Assembly (NCBI GenBank): GCA_040384485.1
Contig: JAZKJH010000005.1
Coordinates: forward strand, 3,375 to 67,374
Direction of reading: 5' to 3'
Length of the DNA stretch: 64,000 nt
Source of the DNA: Patescibacteria group bacterium
GTDB taxonomy: Bacteria; Patescibacteriota; Minisyncoccia; Phycocordibacterales; DATDWN01
Below the pieces are notes generated by a model that saw nothing but the letters and a program-made list of their open reading frames with translations, did not search any database and was not told the DNA's origin. Both the position numbers and the translations under genes were made by a program. Of the stretch, positions 1 through 9,978 are shown piece after piece (positions within the stretch are counted from its first letter, which is position 1; every line of letters begins with the position of its first letter).

Positions 1-426
1 GGTTCTATTATCGAGATTTATGATGAAGGAAAGAAAATCAGAATGCTTAAAGAAAAAGTGCCTTCTAGTCTAGTCCTAGTAGACGGATTCTCTGTTGGTA
101 ACGTACAAGAAATGGTTTTGAGAGACAGAAAAATGCTCGCTCAAGACGGAATCTTTGTTATTGTTGTTAGCCTTAACACCAAAACAGGTAAACTTAAGAA
201 ATCTCCGGATATTATCGCCCGAGGCTTTGTATACGTCCGTGAATCACAAGACCTGCTAACTCAAGCTAGAATGGTTATAAAGAAAACTGTTGAAAGCACT
301 GCAGAAGGTATGAACCCCATAAACTTCGATTTGGTTAAAGCTAACCTTACTGACGACCTGACAAGATTTTTGTTCCAGCAAACGGCAAAAAGACCGATGG
401 TCATCCCAGTTATACTTGGAGTTTAA
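1..426 (+). CDS. rnj: Ribonuclease J (beta-CASP / metallo-beta-lactamase RNase), C-terminal part. The 5' end lies upstream of the window.
   Basis: The frame is open from nt 1. The translation VLRDRKMLAQDGIFVIVVSL...DIIARGFVYVRESQDLL matches the conserved RNase J C-terminal domain. Confidence 0.75.
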   Translation, partial: GSIIEIYDEGKKIRMLKEKVPSSLVLVDGFSVGNVQEMVLRDRKMLAQDGIFVIVVSLNTKTGKLKKSPDIIARGFVYVRESQDLLTQARMVIKKTVESTAEGMNPINFDLVKANLTDDLTRFLFQQTAKRPMVIPVILGV

Positions 427-430
427 AAAC

Positions 431-457
431 AAAAACCCCGAAAGGGGTTTTTGTTTT
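431..457 (+). terminator. Rho-independent terminator after rnj
   Basis: Hairpin aaaaaccccg-aaa-ggggttttt followed by a T-run. Confidence 0.7.
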
Positions 458-483
458 ATACTTTATGTTTTATACTATTCTAT

Positions 484-1659
484 ATGGACAAAATACTTTC
501 CCCGTGGAGACAGAGCAAGTTACTTAACACTTTATTTTTCTCAAATATTTTCTTAGCCTTCCATTATTCACTTATTGTATATGTAAACTCTTCCCTTCTA
601 AATAACTTTTTTGATGCTGCACAGATATCATCCCTTTATATTGTTGGTTCTATTGTCACCACAATAATACTACTCAACGCTTCTAAACTCTTGGAAAGAA
701 TTGGTTTATACAAGTTTACATTGTACACACTTATTTTCGAGCTTATCTCGATAGTAGGACTATTTGTGTCGAATTCAGCATTTCTCATAGGTGTACACTT
801 CCTTATTCACCATATTTTCATATCTGTCCTATATTTTAATATGGATATATATATTGAAAAAATTGCACCTGATAAGGAGTTCGTAGGAAGTATCCGAGCA
901 ACATATCTAACCATCTCGAACCTTACTATTATCGTAGCGCCGACTATAGTTTCCTTTCTGATTATCCAAAAATACTATGGGTATGTGTATATGCTTTCTG
1001 CGATACTTATTGTTCCTGTATTTTTGCTCCTCAGTAAGTTTAAAAAAATAGAAGCAGGAAAGGTGAAACATGTGAACATGAGAGAAACTCTGACTGAATA
1101 CCTCTGTAACAAAAACCTATACAATATTTTTATCGCCAATTTTTTACTACAGCTGTTTTATGCCTATATGATTGTGTATATGCCCATCTACCTTTCCAAC
1201 TACATAGGTTTTTCTTGGTCAGAGATTGGAATTATTTTTACAATAATGTTACTCCCTTTTATACTTTTTGAACTTCCATTGGGTGAAATGGAAGACAGTA
1301 CTTTTGGAGAAAAAGAATTCTTAATAATAGGGTTAATCATTATGGGTCTTTCAACAATTTTTATAAGTTTTATAACTGCTAAAATATTTTGGATCTGGGC
1401 TACGGTTCTGTTTATTACTCGTATCGGTGCGAGTTTTGTAGAAATTAGTTCCGAAACATATTTCTTTAAAAAAATAAAACCGGACCAAACTAACTTGGTA
1501 AGTTTTTTCAGAGCAAGTAGGCCGTTGTCTTTTGTGATCGCACCGATACTCGCTACTATAACTTTTGAACTTTTACCATTTCAATACATATTTATGATTT
1601 TGGGTACTATTTTAATCATTGGTACAAAATGGGCCATAGCCATAGAAGACACGAAATAA
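484..1659 (+). CDS. Polytopic membrane transporter (MFS-like)
   Basis: ORF of about 390 aa with many hydrophobic helices. The start is moved to the ATG at 484 because the track start at 451 overlaps the rnj terminator. Confidence 0.5.
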   Translation: MDKILSPWRQSKLLNTLFFSNIFLAFHYSLIVYVNSSLLNNFFDAAQISSLYIVGSIVTTIILLNASKLLERIGLYKFTLYTLIFELISIVGLFVSNSAFLIGVHFLIHHIFISVLYFNMDIYIEKIAPDKEFVGSIRATYLTISNLTIIVAPTIVSFLIIQKYYGYVYMLSAILIVPVFLLLSKFKKIEAGKVKHVNMRETLTEYLCNKNLYNIFIANFLLQLFYAYMIVYMPIYLSNYIGFSWSEIGIIFTIMLLPFILFELPLGEMEDSTFGEKEFLIIGLIIMGLSTIFISFITAKIFWIWATVLFITRIGASFVEISSETYFFKKIKPDQTNLVSFFRASRPLSFVIAPILATITFELLPFQYIFMILGTILIIGTKWAIAIEDTK

Positions 1660-1697
1660 ACTGTTAAAATCCTCTGGTTATTGATATATTTAGGAGT

Positions 1698-3080
1698 ATG
1701 CAACAGAACAACTCGCCGTGGATAAAACAACTTAACCGTGTACGAAAAGCGGATGAACTAGAAGAAGACATCGCCACAGACGTACTTATAATAGGTGGCG
1801 GTATCGCAGGAACTATGACTGCGTACTTTACCCTAAAGCATACAGACAAGAAAGTTGTACTGATAGAAGCCGATAAAATAGCCCATGGAGCCACAGGCCA
1901 CAACGCCGGACACGTAACTTCCTACATCGAAAGATCTACAAGTGAAATAATAAAAGAGTTTGGAAAAGAAATGGCTATTGATGGTATCTGCCAAATCGAG
2001 TCGTCCTGGAAACTGCTAGCTGAAATCTATACTGACACAGGACTAAAAACCCCTTGCCACAAACTTACTGGATATGGAGGATATACTACACTAGACCAAG
2101 TTCTATCTGTTCTGGAAGACAACGCTCATCGACTAAATGGTGGTCTTAAGGCGGAAACAATAATGATTGCGGAAGAAGCTGAGATAGAAAAAGATATACC
2201 AGAAGTTTATAGAGAACTTTATAAAATATCTAAAAAAGAAAGCATTCTTTCCCTCTTAGAAACAGACAACCAAGACTTTATCGCATGCTCTTCAGCAGAA
2301 GAAGCCTGCATGAACAGTGCTCTCTTTTGTGAAGAATTAATACAGTACATTATTGAAAAATATAGCGGAAGGTTTACTCTATATGAAAATAGCCCAATTA
2401 AAAAGGTGTTTTTAAAGGATGGCTCTGCAGTTTCAAAAACACTTAGGTATTCAATAGAATCTTCTAATGTAATACTCTGCACCAATGGTTTTGAGAATTT
2501 TAATATTATAAACGAAGTCGGAGACAACATAGATTCTAGATTCCACCATTCTGTAAGTGGAAGAGTTGGTTATATGTCAGGCTACCTTGAGGCAGTGGAT
2601 AAGCCTCCATATGCAGTAGGTTACTTTTCTCCAGATATGAAGTACCAGAATGACCCGACTGGCTCTTCTTATTTGTATATAACAAGACGACCATTTGAAA
2701 GTGAGAGTCATGACTCTTATAACCTAGTCTGTGGTGGAGGGCCGGAAACAGTCTTACCAAACCATGCCAAATACTCCAAAGATGAAATCTACCCAGAACA
2801 CAGAAAAAGTGAGATGAATGAGCTTATGCAAACTAATTATAAAAATTATCAAAAAGTCCCGGATGAAAATGCTTTTTATTGGCATGGTCTCATGGGATAC
2901 ACACCAAACGGCATCAGAAGAATTGGTTTCGAACCAATAAACAAAGTTCTTTTATACAATTTAGGCTGCAATGGAATAGGTATTATGCCATCCATATACG
3001 GTGGTAAAAGAATCTCTCAACTTCTGAACGGAGAGAACTTGAAACCTTCTATATTTGATCCACATGATCCTAGAAAATAA
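1698..3080 (+). CDS. FAD-dependent oxidoreductase (DAO / glycine-oxidase-like family)
   Basis: N-terminal dinucleotide-binding motif VLIIGGGIAGTMTAY. 460 aa. Confidence 0.7.
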   Translation: MQQNNSPWIKQLNRVRKADELEEDIATDVLIIGGGIAGTMTAYFTLKHTDKKVVLIEADKIAHGATGHNAGHVTSYIERSTSEIIKEFGKEMAIDGICQIESSWKLLAEIYTDTGLKTPCHKLTGYGGYTTLDQVLSVLEDNAHRLNGGLKAETIMIAEEAEIEKDIPEVYRELYKISKKESILSLLETDNQDFIACSSAEEACMNSALFCEELIQYIIEKYSGRFTLYENSPIKKVFLKDGSAVSKTLRYSIESSNVILCTNGFENFNIINEVGDNIDSRFHHSVSGRVGYMSGYLEAVDKPPYAVGYFSPDMKYQNDPTGSSYLYITRRPFESESHDSYNLVCGGGPETVLPNHAKYSKDEIYPEHRKSEMNELMQTNYKNYQKVPDENAFYWHGLMGYTPNGIRRIGFEPINKVLLYNLGCNGIGIMPSIYGGKRISQLLNGENLKPSIFDPHDPRK

Positions 3081-3103
3081 AAACCACCAAAGGGTGGTTT
3101 TTT
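3079..3103 (+). terminator. Rho-independent terminator (bidirectional look)
   Basis: Hairpin aaaaccacc-aaa-gggtggtttttt lying between convergent genes. Confidence 0.65.
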
Positions 3104-3108
3104 ATTTA

Positions 3109-3411
3109 TTATTCTTTTGGCTTATCTAGTTTGTCCAAACCGAGAGCTTTTACTCCAAAGTAAACTACCGCCGCAATGACAATAAAATCAATCATAACGC
3201 TTATCAAATCCCCATACATTATACGAGCAGATCCTATGCCGAAAGAAGCGGTTTTAAAGTCTCCTATGGCGCCCAGTGCCAAACCTAACAAAGGATTAAC
3301 AATATCAGTCACAATAGCCGATACGAGCTTGGAAACTGCCCCTCCCAACATAAAACCGACTGCTAAACCCACCACTCCCTGTTCACGTACGAAATTTAAA
3401 AATCCTTTCAT
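3109..3411 (-). CDS. mscL: Large-conductance mechanosensitive channel MscL
   Basis: 100 aa with FVREQGVVGLAVGFMLGGAVSKLVSAIVTDIVNPLLG, which is the MscL signature. Confidence 0.85.
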   Translation of the reverse strand: MKGFLNFVREQGVVGLAVGFMLGGAVSKLVSAIVTDIVNPLLGLALGAIGDFKTASFGIGSARIMYGDLISVMIDFIVIAAVVYFGVKALGLDKLDKPKE

Positions 3412-3432
3412 TTTTTTATTTAAACTAATAAA

Positions 3433-3861
3433 TTATTTAAAAAACATAGAACCACTATCTAGGTCCAGTTCTATTACCAACCCACCATCTTGATCAAAGA
3501 AGAAAGTTCTGGCATTAACTAATGCAGTTTTAAACTCTTCCTCTTTTGAACCTTCGCAAAACATTTTCGTAGAAAATATATTCTTAAATGTAATCAAGTT
3601 ACCTTCAGAAACATATTCTCCTCCCGTAGTGTTACAGTCAGTCTCTGAAGAAAACTTTCCGTCTTGCTTAAATGTTATTGAGAAATCCCCTGTTTTGTTG
3701 GGAAGCATCTCAGTTTCATCACTGTAAACGATTTTTGCAAGTTCCCAAGACTTTTTATCTAAGCCATTAAGTTCCGAGTCTGCTCGGTTATTTATAAAAA
3801 ACCAAGTCCCTATAAGTAGCAACAAAACTAAACTCAAAATTATATATAGTTTCTTCATCAA
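3433..3861 (-). CDS. META / HslJ-domain lipoprotein
   Basis: Signal peptide plus ...CNTTGGEY...FCEG...LDLDSGSMFFK. It is a paralog of the C-terminal domain of the CDS at 13705..14622. Confidence 0.55.
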   Translation of the reverse strand: MMKKLYIILSLVLLLLIGTWFFINNRADSELNGLDKKSWELAKIVYSDETEMLPNKTGDFSITFKQDGKFSSETDCNTTGGEYVSEGNLITFKNIFSTKMFCEGSKEEEFKTALVNARTFFFDQDGGLVIELDLDSGSMFFK

Positions 3862-3896
3862 TATTATATTAACATTTGAAAATAGATCTTCAAAAC

Positions 3897-5471
3897 CTAC
3901 ACAAATGTGTGTTTTTTAGCGAAATCGATAGTGCCGGCAACTTTCTTACCAGGATTAAAAATATTTTTTGGGTCAAATATATTTTTTGTTTCCTGGAATA
4001 GTCGGAGTACCTCGTCAGTAAACATTAGATTAAGAAATGGTGTTCTAATAATTCCATCGTTATGATCTACACTAATAGATCCTCCAAATGAAATAGTGAG
4101 TTTGTACACTCTTTCCGCCAAATCAAAAATCTGATTTACGGAATCTCTTGAATCACATTGAACTAGAGGAATAAGTCTTATGCTTCCATCCCCTATGTGC
4201 CCAGCAAAAGTGTAAGTCATTTTATAGTCCACCAAAATCTCCTCCAGTCCTTCCAAGAATTCCCCGTACTTTTCGATAGGAACAATGGTATCTTCGATAA
4301 ACGGTACTGCTACGAATCCTTTTGGTGCGTGATTCTTTAGTAAACTGTAGCTGGCACGTCTTATTGCAAAATGTGAATCTTCTATCTCTTTACTGTCTAT
4401 ATTCTCTGGAAAAAAAGCTTCTTCTTTTAGCTTTTCGCTACAAGCAGCTGCTTGCAAAAGTGCCTCACTATCCGTATCTCCAGTAAAAAGTGCGAACAAA
4501 ACTAGTTTATACTCATCTTTCCACAAAACCCTCTCAGCATTTATGGACATATGTTCTTTTGCTAGTACATACGTATGGTTATCATAGGTTTCCAAAACCT
4601 CTGGGTTGAAAGCGAGTATGGTTTTAACTGCGTGAGCTAGTTGAGCCAAAGAACTAATAGGTAAAACTATCATTTTTGAAAACGGCCTAACAGGAACTAG
4701 TTTAATCAAAACTTCTGTAATAAAGCCCAGTGTACCCTGGCTACCGACTAACAACTTTCCAATATTAAAAGTATTTTTTTCTTTATTCCAAATATTCCAT
4801 AAACCCAAACCTGCCGCATTCTTTTTTGTTTTTGGCTTTGCTGAAGAGATTTGGTCCTCATATTTCGTCAAAATATTGTAAATACCCATGTATAATTCCC
4901 CCTCAAAATCCTTCTGTAGTAGTTTTTGTTCAAGCTCAGTTTCAGTTATTTCTCCAAATATATATTCATTTCCGTCAGTACAAATCATTTTTACAGCAAG
5001 AGTATTGTCTATTGTAGCTCCATATCGAATACTTTTCTCTCCTGAAGCGTTATTTCCAACCATCCCTCCTACACAGCAAATATCTTTTGAAGAGGTGTAT
5101 GGGGCAAATAGAAGGTTGTGAGCCAAGGTTTTCACCTCAAGATCTCTATAGTAAGCACCCGCACCTACCCACACTTGGTTGTTTTGGATATCTATTTCTC
5201 CGATACTTGAAAAACCCTCCTTCATATCCACCATTATTCCTTCAGTCAGAGATCCTCCTGACATACAAGTTCCGCCAGCTCTTGGAGTCAACGTTATTCC
5301 ATCTGATTGGAATGCATGTACTATCAGCTTCTTAAGTTCTTCTATGTTTTTGGGAAATGCCACAAGCGCCGGTTTAACTTCAAAAATACTAGCATCTCTT
5401 GAGTACGACTTCACCACATCTTCTTCTATAGATACACGACAAATCCCCTCTAGTTCCTTTATATTGAGCAT
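3897..5471 (-). CDS. FAD-linked oxidase (GlcD / D-lactate dehydrogenase family)
   Basis: 524 aa. The PCMH-type FAD-binding region is visible as VKPALVAFPKNIEELKKLI...PRAGGTCMSGGS. Confidence 0.75.
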   Translation of the reverse strand: MLNIKELEGICRVSIEEDVVKSYSRDASIFEVKPALVAFPKNIEELKKLIVHAFQSDGITLTPRAGGTCMSGGSLTEGIMVDMKEGFSSIGEIDIQNNQVWVGAGAYYRDLEVKTLAHNLLFAPYTSSKDICCVGGMVGNNASGEKSIRYGATIDNTLAVKMICTDGNEYIFGEITETELEQKLLQKDFEGELYMGIYNILTKYEDQISSAKPKTKKNAAGLGLWNIWNKEKNTFNIGKLLVGSQGTLGFITEVLIKLVPVRPFSKMIVLPISSLAQLAHAVKTILAFNPEVLETYDNHTYVLAKEHMSINAERVLWKDEYKLVLFALFTGDTDSEALLQAAACSEKLKEEAFFPENIDSKEIEDSHFAIRRASYSLLKNHAPKGFVAVPFIEDTIVPIEKYGEFLEGLEEILVDYKMTYTFAGHIGDGSIRLIPLVQCDSRDSVNQIFDLAERVYKLTISFGGSISVDHNDGIIRTPFLNLMFTDEVLRLFQETKNIFDPKNIFNPGKKVAGTIDFAKKHTFV

Positions 5472-5566
5472 AGTCTCATTATAACAAAACTTTTAAAAAA
5501 CTTGACTCTAACGTAGCGTCATAGTTTATGATATACTCCGAGTGTGGTCGACACTCAAAAAAGAAA

Positions 5567-6316
5567 ATGACGTACACAGTCCAAAAACTAGCGACACTTG
5601 CAGGCATAAGCGCAAGAACTCTTCACTATTATGACGAAATAGGATTACTTTCCCCTACCCGAATACTTAGGAACGGCTACAGACAGTATGATGAACCGGA
5701 GCTTTTAAAACTCCAACAAATAATGTTTTATAGAGAGCTAGAATTTCCACTAGAAGACATCAAAAAAATCCTAGAAAATAAAAACTTCGACATGCAAAAA
5801 GCCTTAAGTGATCATCGAGGACTTCTGGAATTGAAACAGAAAAGACTAAAAGAGTTGTTAAAAACAATTGATAAAACCATTAAAAAAATAAGCAAGAAAA
5901 ATAATATGAAAGATGACGAACTATATAGCGCCTTTGATGACGCAGAGATGAAACAATACGCTGAGGAAGCAAAGCAACGTTGGGGCAAGACCGATGCTTG
6001 GAAACAATCCCAAGAACGAACAAAGGGGTGGACAAAGGCAGATTACAGTAAGCTAAAAGAGGATGGTGACAAATGGATGAAAAACTTTGTGCTACATATG
6101 GAACATGGACATGACAGTGAGATAGTGCAAAACTTGATTTCTGAACACTATAACTCGTTACGGACTTTCTATGAACCTAACATGGAAATGTACCGTGGAC
6201 TGGCCCAGATGTATGTAGAAGATCCTAGATTTGCTGCCTACTTTGCAAAGTATCACCCCGACCTACCAACCTTCTTCCAAAAGGCCATATTTTTCTTTTG
6301 TGATAATCGAAAATAA
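5567..6316 (+). CDS. MerR-family transcriptional regulator with a TipAS-like C-terminal effector domain
   Basis: MerR HTH directly at the N-terminus (MTYTVQKLATLAGISARTLHYYDEIGLL). The start is taken at the internal ATG at 5567. Confidence 0.7.
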   Translation: MTYTVQKLATLAGISARTLHYYDEIGLLSPTRILRNGYRQYDEPELLKLQQIMFYRELEFPLEDIKKILENKNFDMQKALSDHRGLLELKQKRLKELLKTIDKTIKKISKKNNMKDDELYSAFDDAEMKQYAEEAKQRWGKTDAWKQSQERTKGWTKADYSKLKEDGDKWMKNFVLHMEHGHDSEIVQNLISEHYNSLRTFYEPNMEMYRGLAQMYVEDPRFAAYFAKYHPDLPTFFQKAIFFFCDNRK

Positions 6317-6319
6317 ATA

Positions 6320-6349
6320 AAAAACATCCTGATCTCAGGATGTTTTTTA
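6320..6349. terminator. Bidirectional rho-independent terminator
   Basis: Stem aacatcctga-tc-tcaggatgtt flanked by A/T runs between convergent genes. Confidence 0.7.
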
Positions 6350-7120
6350 TTTATTTTTAGCATGAGGAGTGGACCCACACCACAAACCTTCAAAGATAGC
6401 GCTCATAGTATCAGCATGCTCTTTAGAAGTTATAAGTACGCAGTAACTGTTGTTTTTTGAGGAAACATACAAGGTTTTGTCATCGTAGACAAAAATAATT
6501 GTATTAAATTTCCCGAGCATCACTGAAGGTAGTATCCGTATGTCTGAAAAACCTTCATAATACTGCTTAATCAACTTTGTATCTATTGGAGACTCCCATA
6601 AGTTTTTTGTTTTTATATTTCTCCGTTTTCTCTCCTCAATAAATAGTTCTACAAAATCCTGACCAATCTGCCAAAAGAAGTTATCTTTTGGAACAATAGA
6701 TTTTATGGCTTTGCTTTTGCAATACAACATCTCCATAATCGTATTCTTTACTGCATCTGCTCCTTCATAGAAAGCAACAACCGGTTTGTTTTTTGTTGTA
6801 GAAACTAAAGAAGCCATCCCTGGAATCATTTCTTTTATGTTTGCTTCAAGTTTTGAAACCTCAAGCACTTTCTCGTTAGCAATAACAGCGAGTTTTTGGA
6901 GTGGCTCTAATGCAAAATTCTTGTCTCCAGCTAAACCGGTTTTACTCGTAAGTCCTCTTTTTTCTAAGCAACCCAGTGCATAGTAGACCGTTGGTCTTTT
7001 AAGTCTAGTTACTTTGACTAAATCTCTCGCAGTTCTAACACCCGAAACCATGGCTAAATAAACCACAACTTCTGAGTCGGAAAGTCCAAGGTCGGAAAGA
7101 TACTTTTTAGGTTCTTGCAT
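6347..7120 (-). CDS. TrmB-family (sugar-type) transcriptional regulator
   Basis: N-terminal winged helix (LSDLGLSDSEVVVYLAMVSG...TRLKRPTVYYALGCLEKRGL) plus a C-terminal TrmB-like domain. Confidence 0.55.
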   Translation of the reverse strand: MQEPKKYLSDLGLSDSEVVVYLAMVSGVRTARDLVKVTRLKRPTVYYALGCLEKRGLTSKTGLAGDKNFALEPLQKLAVIANEKVLEVSKLEANIKEMIPGMASLVSTTKNKPVVAFYEGADAVKNTIMEMLYCKSKAIKSIVPKDNFFWQIGQDFVELFIEERKRRNIKTKNLWESPIDTKLIKQYYEGFSDIRILPSVMLGKFNTIIFVYDDKTLYVSSKNNSYCVLITSKEHADTMSAIFEGLWCGSTPHAKNK

Positions 7121-7225
7121 GGTATGTAAACATTATTTGTATAATGGTTATTATACAGTATTGACTATTTTTGTCAAAGAATAGAAGATAATACCAGAGT
7201 AGCTCTTTGAAAAGAAAGGGTAAAT

Positions 7226-7825
7226 ATGAAGCTGTTTGGAATTACTGGAAATATTGGCTGTGGTAAAAGCACAGTTTGCAAACTCCTTAGCAAATACAAC
7301 GATATTGTAATTATAGATTGCGACCAAATCGCAAAAGAAATAATCGCCTCCTCAACTCACAGGCAGGACCTCATTCGGATTTTGGGAATCGAAATATATC
7401 CGCATGGACAAGTAGATTTTCAAAGTATCGGAAAGGTCATCTTCAGTGACGACAAAAAGAAGCGGTTACTGGAGGAGTTTGTTCACCCTCATGTGTGGAA
7501 AGCTGTTGAGGAACGTGTAACCCTTGTCCATCCAAGCTTCATATGTATTGTAGAATCCGCACTCATCTTTGAAACAAAGAGCGAGGAACGGTTCAATGGC
7601 GTTGTTGCAGTTGTGTGTGACGATGCAGAACAGTTTCGAAGATTAGAAACAAATAGAAAAATGGGTCGGGAAGAATACTATTCCCGACAGTCACACCAAC
7701 TACCCTCTTCGCTAAAAGAAAGTAGGGCTCAGTTTGTAATCGATACAAATTGTAGCCTGAAAGAACTTGAACAACGCGTACAAAACTTGTACCACAATCT
7801 CAAAACCCGAAAGGCTGAGCTATGA
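7226..7825 (+). CDS. coaE: Dephospho-CoA kinase
   Basis: P-loop GITGNIGCGKSTV at the N-terminus, 199 aa. It overlaps the downstream coaD by 4 nt. Confidence 0.8.
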   Translation: MKLFGITGNIGCGKSTVCKLLSKYNDIVIIDCDQIAKEIIASSTHRQDLIRILGIEIYPHGQVDFQSIGKVIFSDDKKKRLLEEFVHPHVWKAVEERVTLVHPSFICIVESALIFETKSEERFNGVVAVVCDDAEQFRRLETNRKMGREEYYSRQSHQLPSSLKESRAQFVIDTNCSLKELEQRVQNLYHNLKTRKAEL

Positions 7826-8955
7826 CTACGAGAAAAGCGGTGTATGCAGGAAGTTTCGATCCTATCACCAACGGGCACATCAACATTGTAGAAAGAGCGG
7901 CTCGGCTCTTTGATGAGGTTGTTGTGGTTGTGTCAGTTGCATCTTCGAAACATTACACATTTTGTGTATCGGAGAGAGTATTGATGGTAAAACAAACACT
8001 ATCTCATCTACAGAACGTTAGTGTACACATCTGTACCGACCAGTATGTGGTGAGTTATGCGTACTCTATCGGAGCTACAACTCTCGTACGAGGACTTCGA
8101 AACTCTGAAGACTTGGTACATGAACAGGTCCTAGCAGAAGAAAACCGAAACATCTGCCCAGAAGTTGAGACTGTTCTTATTCCCTGTATCCCCAACCTAA
8201 TGCACGTAAGCTCAAGTATGGTAAGAGGTCATGTAGGGGCAGACAGAAACTGGGAAGCACAGGTATCCCGTTCAGTTCCAGATCTCGTTGTACAAGAGCT
8301 AAAGAAAAAGTTCATTCTGGGAAAAGCCCGAGCACATTGGGCAAGACTCATGTCCGAAATTGGAAATCCAACTGGATCTGAAAAGATACTCCTGGAGGTC
8401 CTATCCCGCTACAGTGAATCGCATCGGGCGTATCACGACCTTATACATATTGTGAATATGCTGGATGAGCTTGATCTCATAGTTACAAAAGAAGGATTTT
8501 CTATAGCACTCAGGCTTGCAATCTGGTACCACGATGTGGTCTATGAGACAAAATCAAAAGACCATCCAGTAGTCGCGGATAACGAAGAGCGCAGTGCTTA
8601 TAAAGCACAGTTGGATATGGAACAGATGGGTCTTCCTTGTAACCTCATTCAAGAGGTCAAAAGACTTATTCTTGTAACCAAACATGCCGACACACCATCT
8701 GACCATGATGCCAAGCTTCTAATGGACCTAGATCTCATGATTCTTGGTAAAACAGCTGAAGAGTTTGATGAGTACGAAGCAGGAATTCGCATTGAGTACG
8801 AATGGGTTCCAGAAACAACCTTCAGTACCAAGCGAGCTCAAATTCTCCAGTCCTTTCTTAACCGAAAAATGATTTACTCAACACCCATCTTCCAGGAAAA
8901 GTACGAAGGATCAGCACGTACAAATCTTGAAAGGTCAGTCAGTAAACTCTCATAA
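7822..8955 (+). CDS. coaD: Phosphopantetheine adenylyltransferase (CoaD) fused to a C-terminal HD-domain phosphohydrolase
   Basis: N-terminus AVYAGSFDPITNGHINIVERA (the nucleotidyltransferase H-x-G-H signature). The C-terminal 200 aa carry H...HD...D motifs (RAYHDLIH, AIWYHDVVYE, SDHDAKLLMDLDL). Confidence 0.7.
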   Translation: MTTRKAVYAGSFDPITNGHINIVERAARLFDEVVVVVSVASSKHYTFCVSERVLMVKQTLSHLQNVSVHICTDQYVVSYAYSIGATTLVRGLRNSEDLVHEQVLAEENRNICPEVETVLIPCIPNLMHVSSSMVRGHVGADRNWEAQVSRSVPDLVVQELKKKFILGKARAHWARLMSEIGNPTGSEKILLEVLSRYSESHRAYHDLIHIVNMLDELDLIVTKEGFSIALRLAIWYHDVVYETKSKDHPVVADNEERSAYKAQLDMEQMGLPCNLIQEVKRLILVTKHADTPSDHDAKLLMDLDLMILGKTAEEFDEYEAGIRIEYEWVPETTFSTKRAQILQSFLNRKMIYSTPIFQEKYEGSARTNLERSVSKLS

Positions 8956-8991
8956 ACTCAAAGGTGTCACTTCATGTGACACCTTTTTATT

Positions 8992-9888
8992 TTACTCATT
9001 TATGCTTTTCAAAAATAGTTCTCCTAGAACTTTGTGTCCATCCATGAGACAGTCAACAAGCCCATCGAAGTCTTGCCATCGTGCCTCTACCAGGTCGTCA
9101 CCAGCTTTTACTTCTCCGTCTAGATACACCGCAGAAAACAAAGCGGTCATAAGCTTGTGCTCTGACTTTCTATATCGATAATCATTTGCACGGACGGAGG
9201 CGATATACTTCACATCAGCAACTTCTATATTTCCAACCTCCTCTCTCGCCTCACGTCTCGCCGCGTCCTCAAGACATAAATCTTTTGGATCCACAAACCC
9301 ACCGGGAAATCTCCAATTCTTTTCTCCAGGCTTTCTACCAACAATAACTTTTCTTTCTGTTGTGTGTCGTATGGCAATATCAACCGCTTGAAAAGATGTG
9401 GGAAAGTTTTGTGAGTTACTAGCGTATATAACACCTGTACGGAAATCCTCAGAGTCAATAATTTTGTTTGCAAGTTTTTTACGCACTTCGGTTCCAGAAA
9501 CTGACTCATGTTTCGGCTCAACATACTGAGTTTTATGTTTACCAAGATAATGAGGAATAAAACTATCTCGAGACCCGAACAAAGTAATATCGTGATCTGA
9601 AAAATTATTTTCGATTAAAGTATCTAAGTTTTCAGACCATGCCTCGTTAGTTGAACAATCATATATAGGCAATATGTGTGCATCTGGATAATGCTTCTGC
9701 AACATCACTTTCCGAGTTTCAAAATCCAATGGGTCATTACTTCCAGCCCAACCTCCATTTACACCCAAAGCGACAAGTAGTTTATCTGCATTTTGTTTCG
9801 CTGTGTCCAAAAGATACCGATGTCCGTCGTGGATCTGAGGCACTTGGAGCCTACATACCACCACCCCTACTGTGTTATTTTTGTTCAT
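8992..9888 (-). CDS. nadM: Bifunctional NMN adenylyltransferase / Nudix ADP-ribose pyrophosphatase (NadM-Nudix type)
   Basis: HDGH nucleotidyltransferase motif and a Nudix box GGFVDPKDLCLEDAARREAREEVG. The start is moved to MNKNN (9888) so that the upstream operator and promoter are non-coding. Confidence 0.75.
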   Translation of the reverse strand: MNKNNTVGVVVCRLQVPQIHDGHRYLLDTAKQNADKLLVALGVNGGWAGSNDPLDFETRKVMLQKHYPDAHILPIYDCSTNEAWSENLDTLIENNFSDHDITLFGSRDSFIPHYLGKHKTQYVEPKHESVSGTEVRKKLANKIIDSEDFRTGVIYASNSQNFPTSFQAVDIAIRHTTERKVIVGRKPGEKNWRFPGGFVDPKDLCLEDAARREAREEVGNIEVADVKYIASVRANDYRYRKSEHKLMTALFSAVYLDGEVKAGDDLVEARWQDFDGLVDCLMDGHKVLGELFLKSINE

Positions 9889-9933
9889 ATTTATTAAATA
9901 AATTATATGGTTGATTATATACCTTTGCTTATT

Positions 9934-9952
9934 TAGTGTCAAGTCAACACTA
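9934..9952 (-). promoter_or_regulatory. Candidate NrtR operator (TAGTGT-caagtca-ACACTA) overlapping a TTGACA-17-TATAAT promoter for nadM
   Basis: 19-bp palindrome with the same half-sites as the sites at 12381 and 33962. On the minus strand it reads tagtgTTGACTTGACActa ... TATAAT. Confidence 0.6.
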
Positions 9953-9978
9953 TTTTTAAACAAATATAAAAATAAAAT

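Noticed and set aside
1664-5484. Numerous 60-100-aa ORFs antisense to, or nested in, larger genes. Examples are 1664..1903, 2219..2530, 2536..2760, 3176..3493, 4826..5017, 4888..5121, 5087..5335 and 5179..5484. Similar ones occur throughout the window.
   Set aside because: They overlap longer ORFs that have clear conserved motifs on the opposite strand or in another frame, they have no motifs of their own, and they have low-complexity composition.
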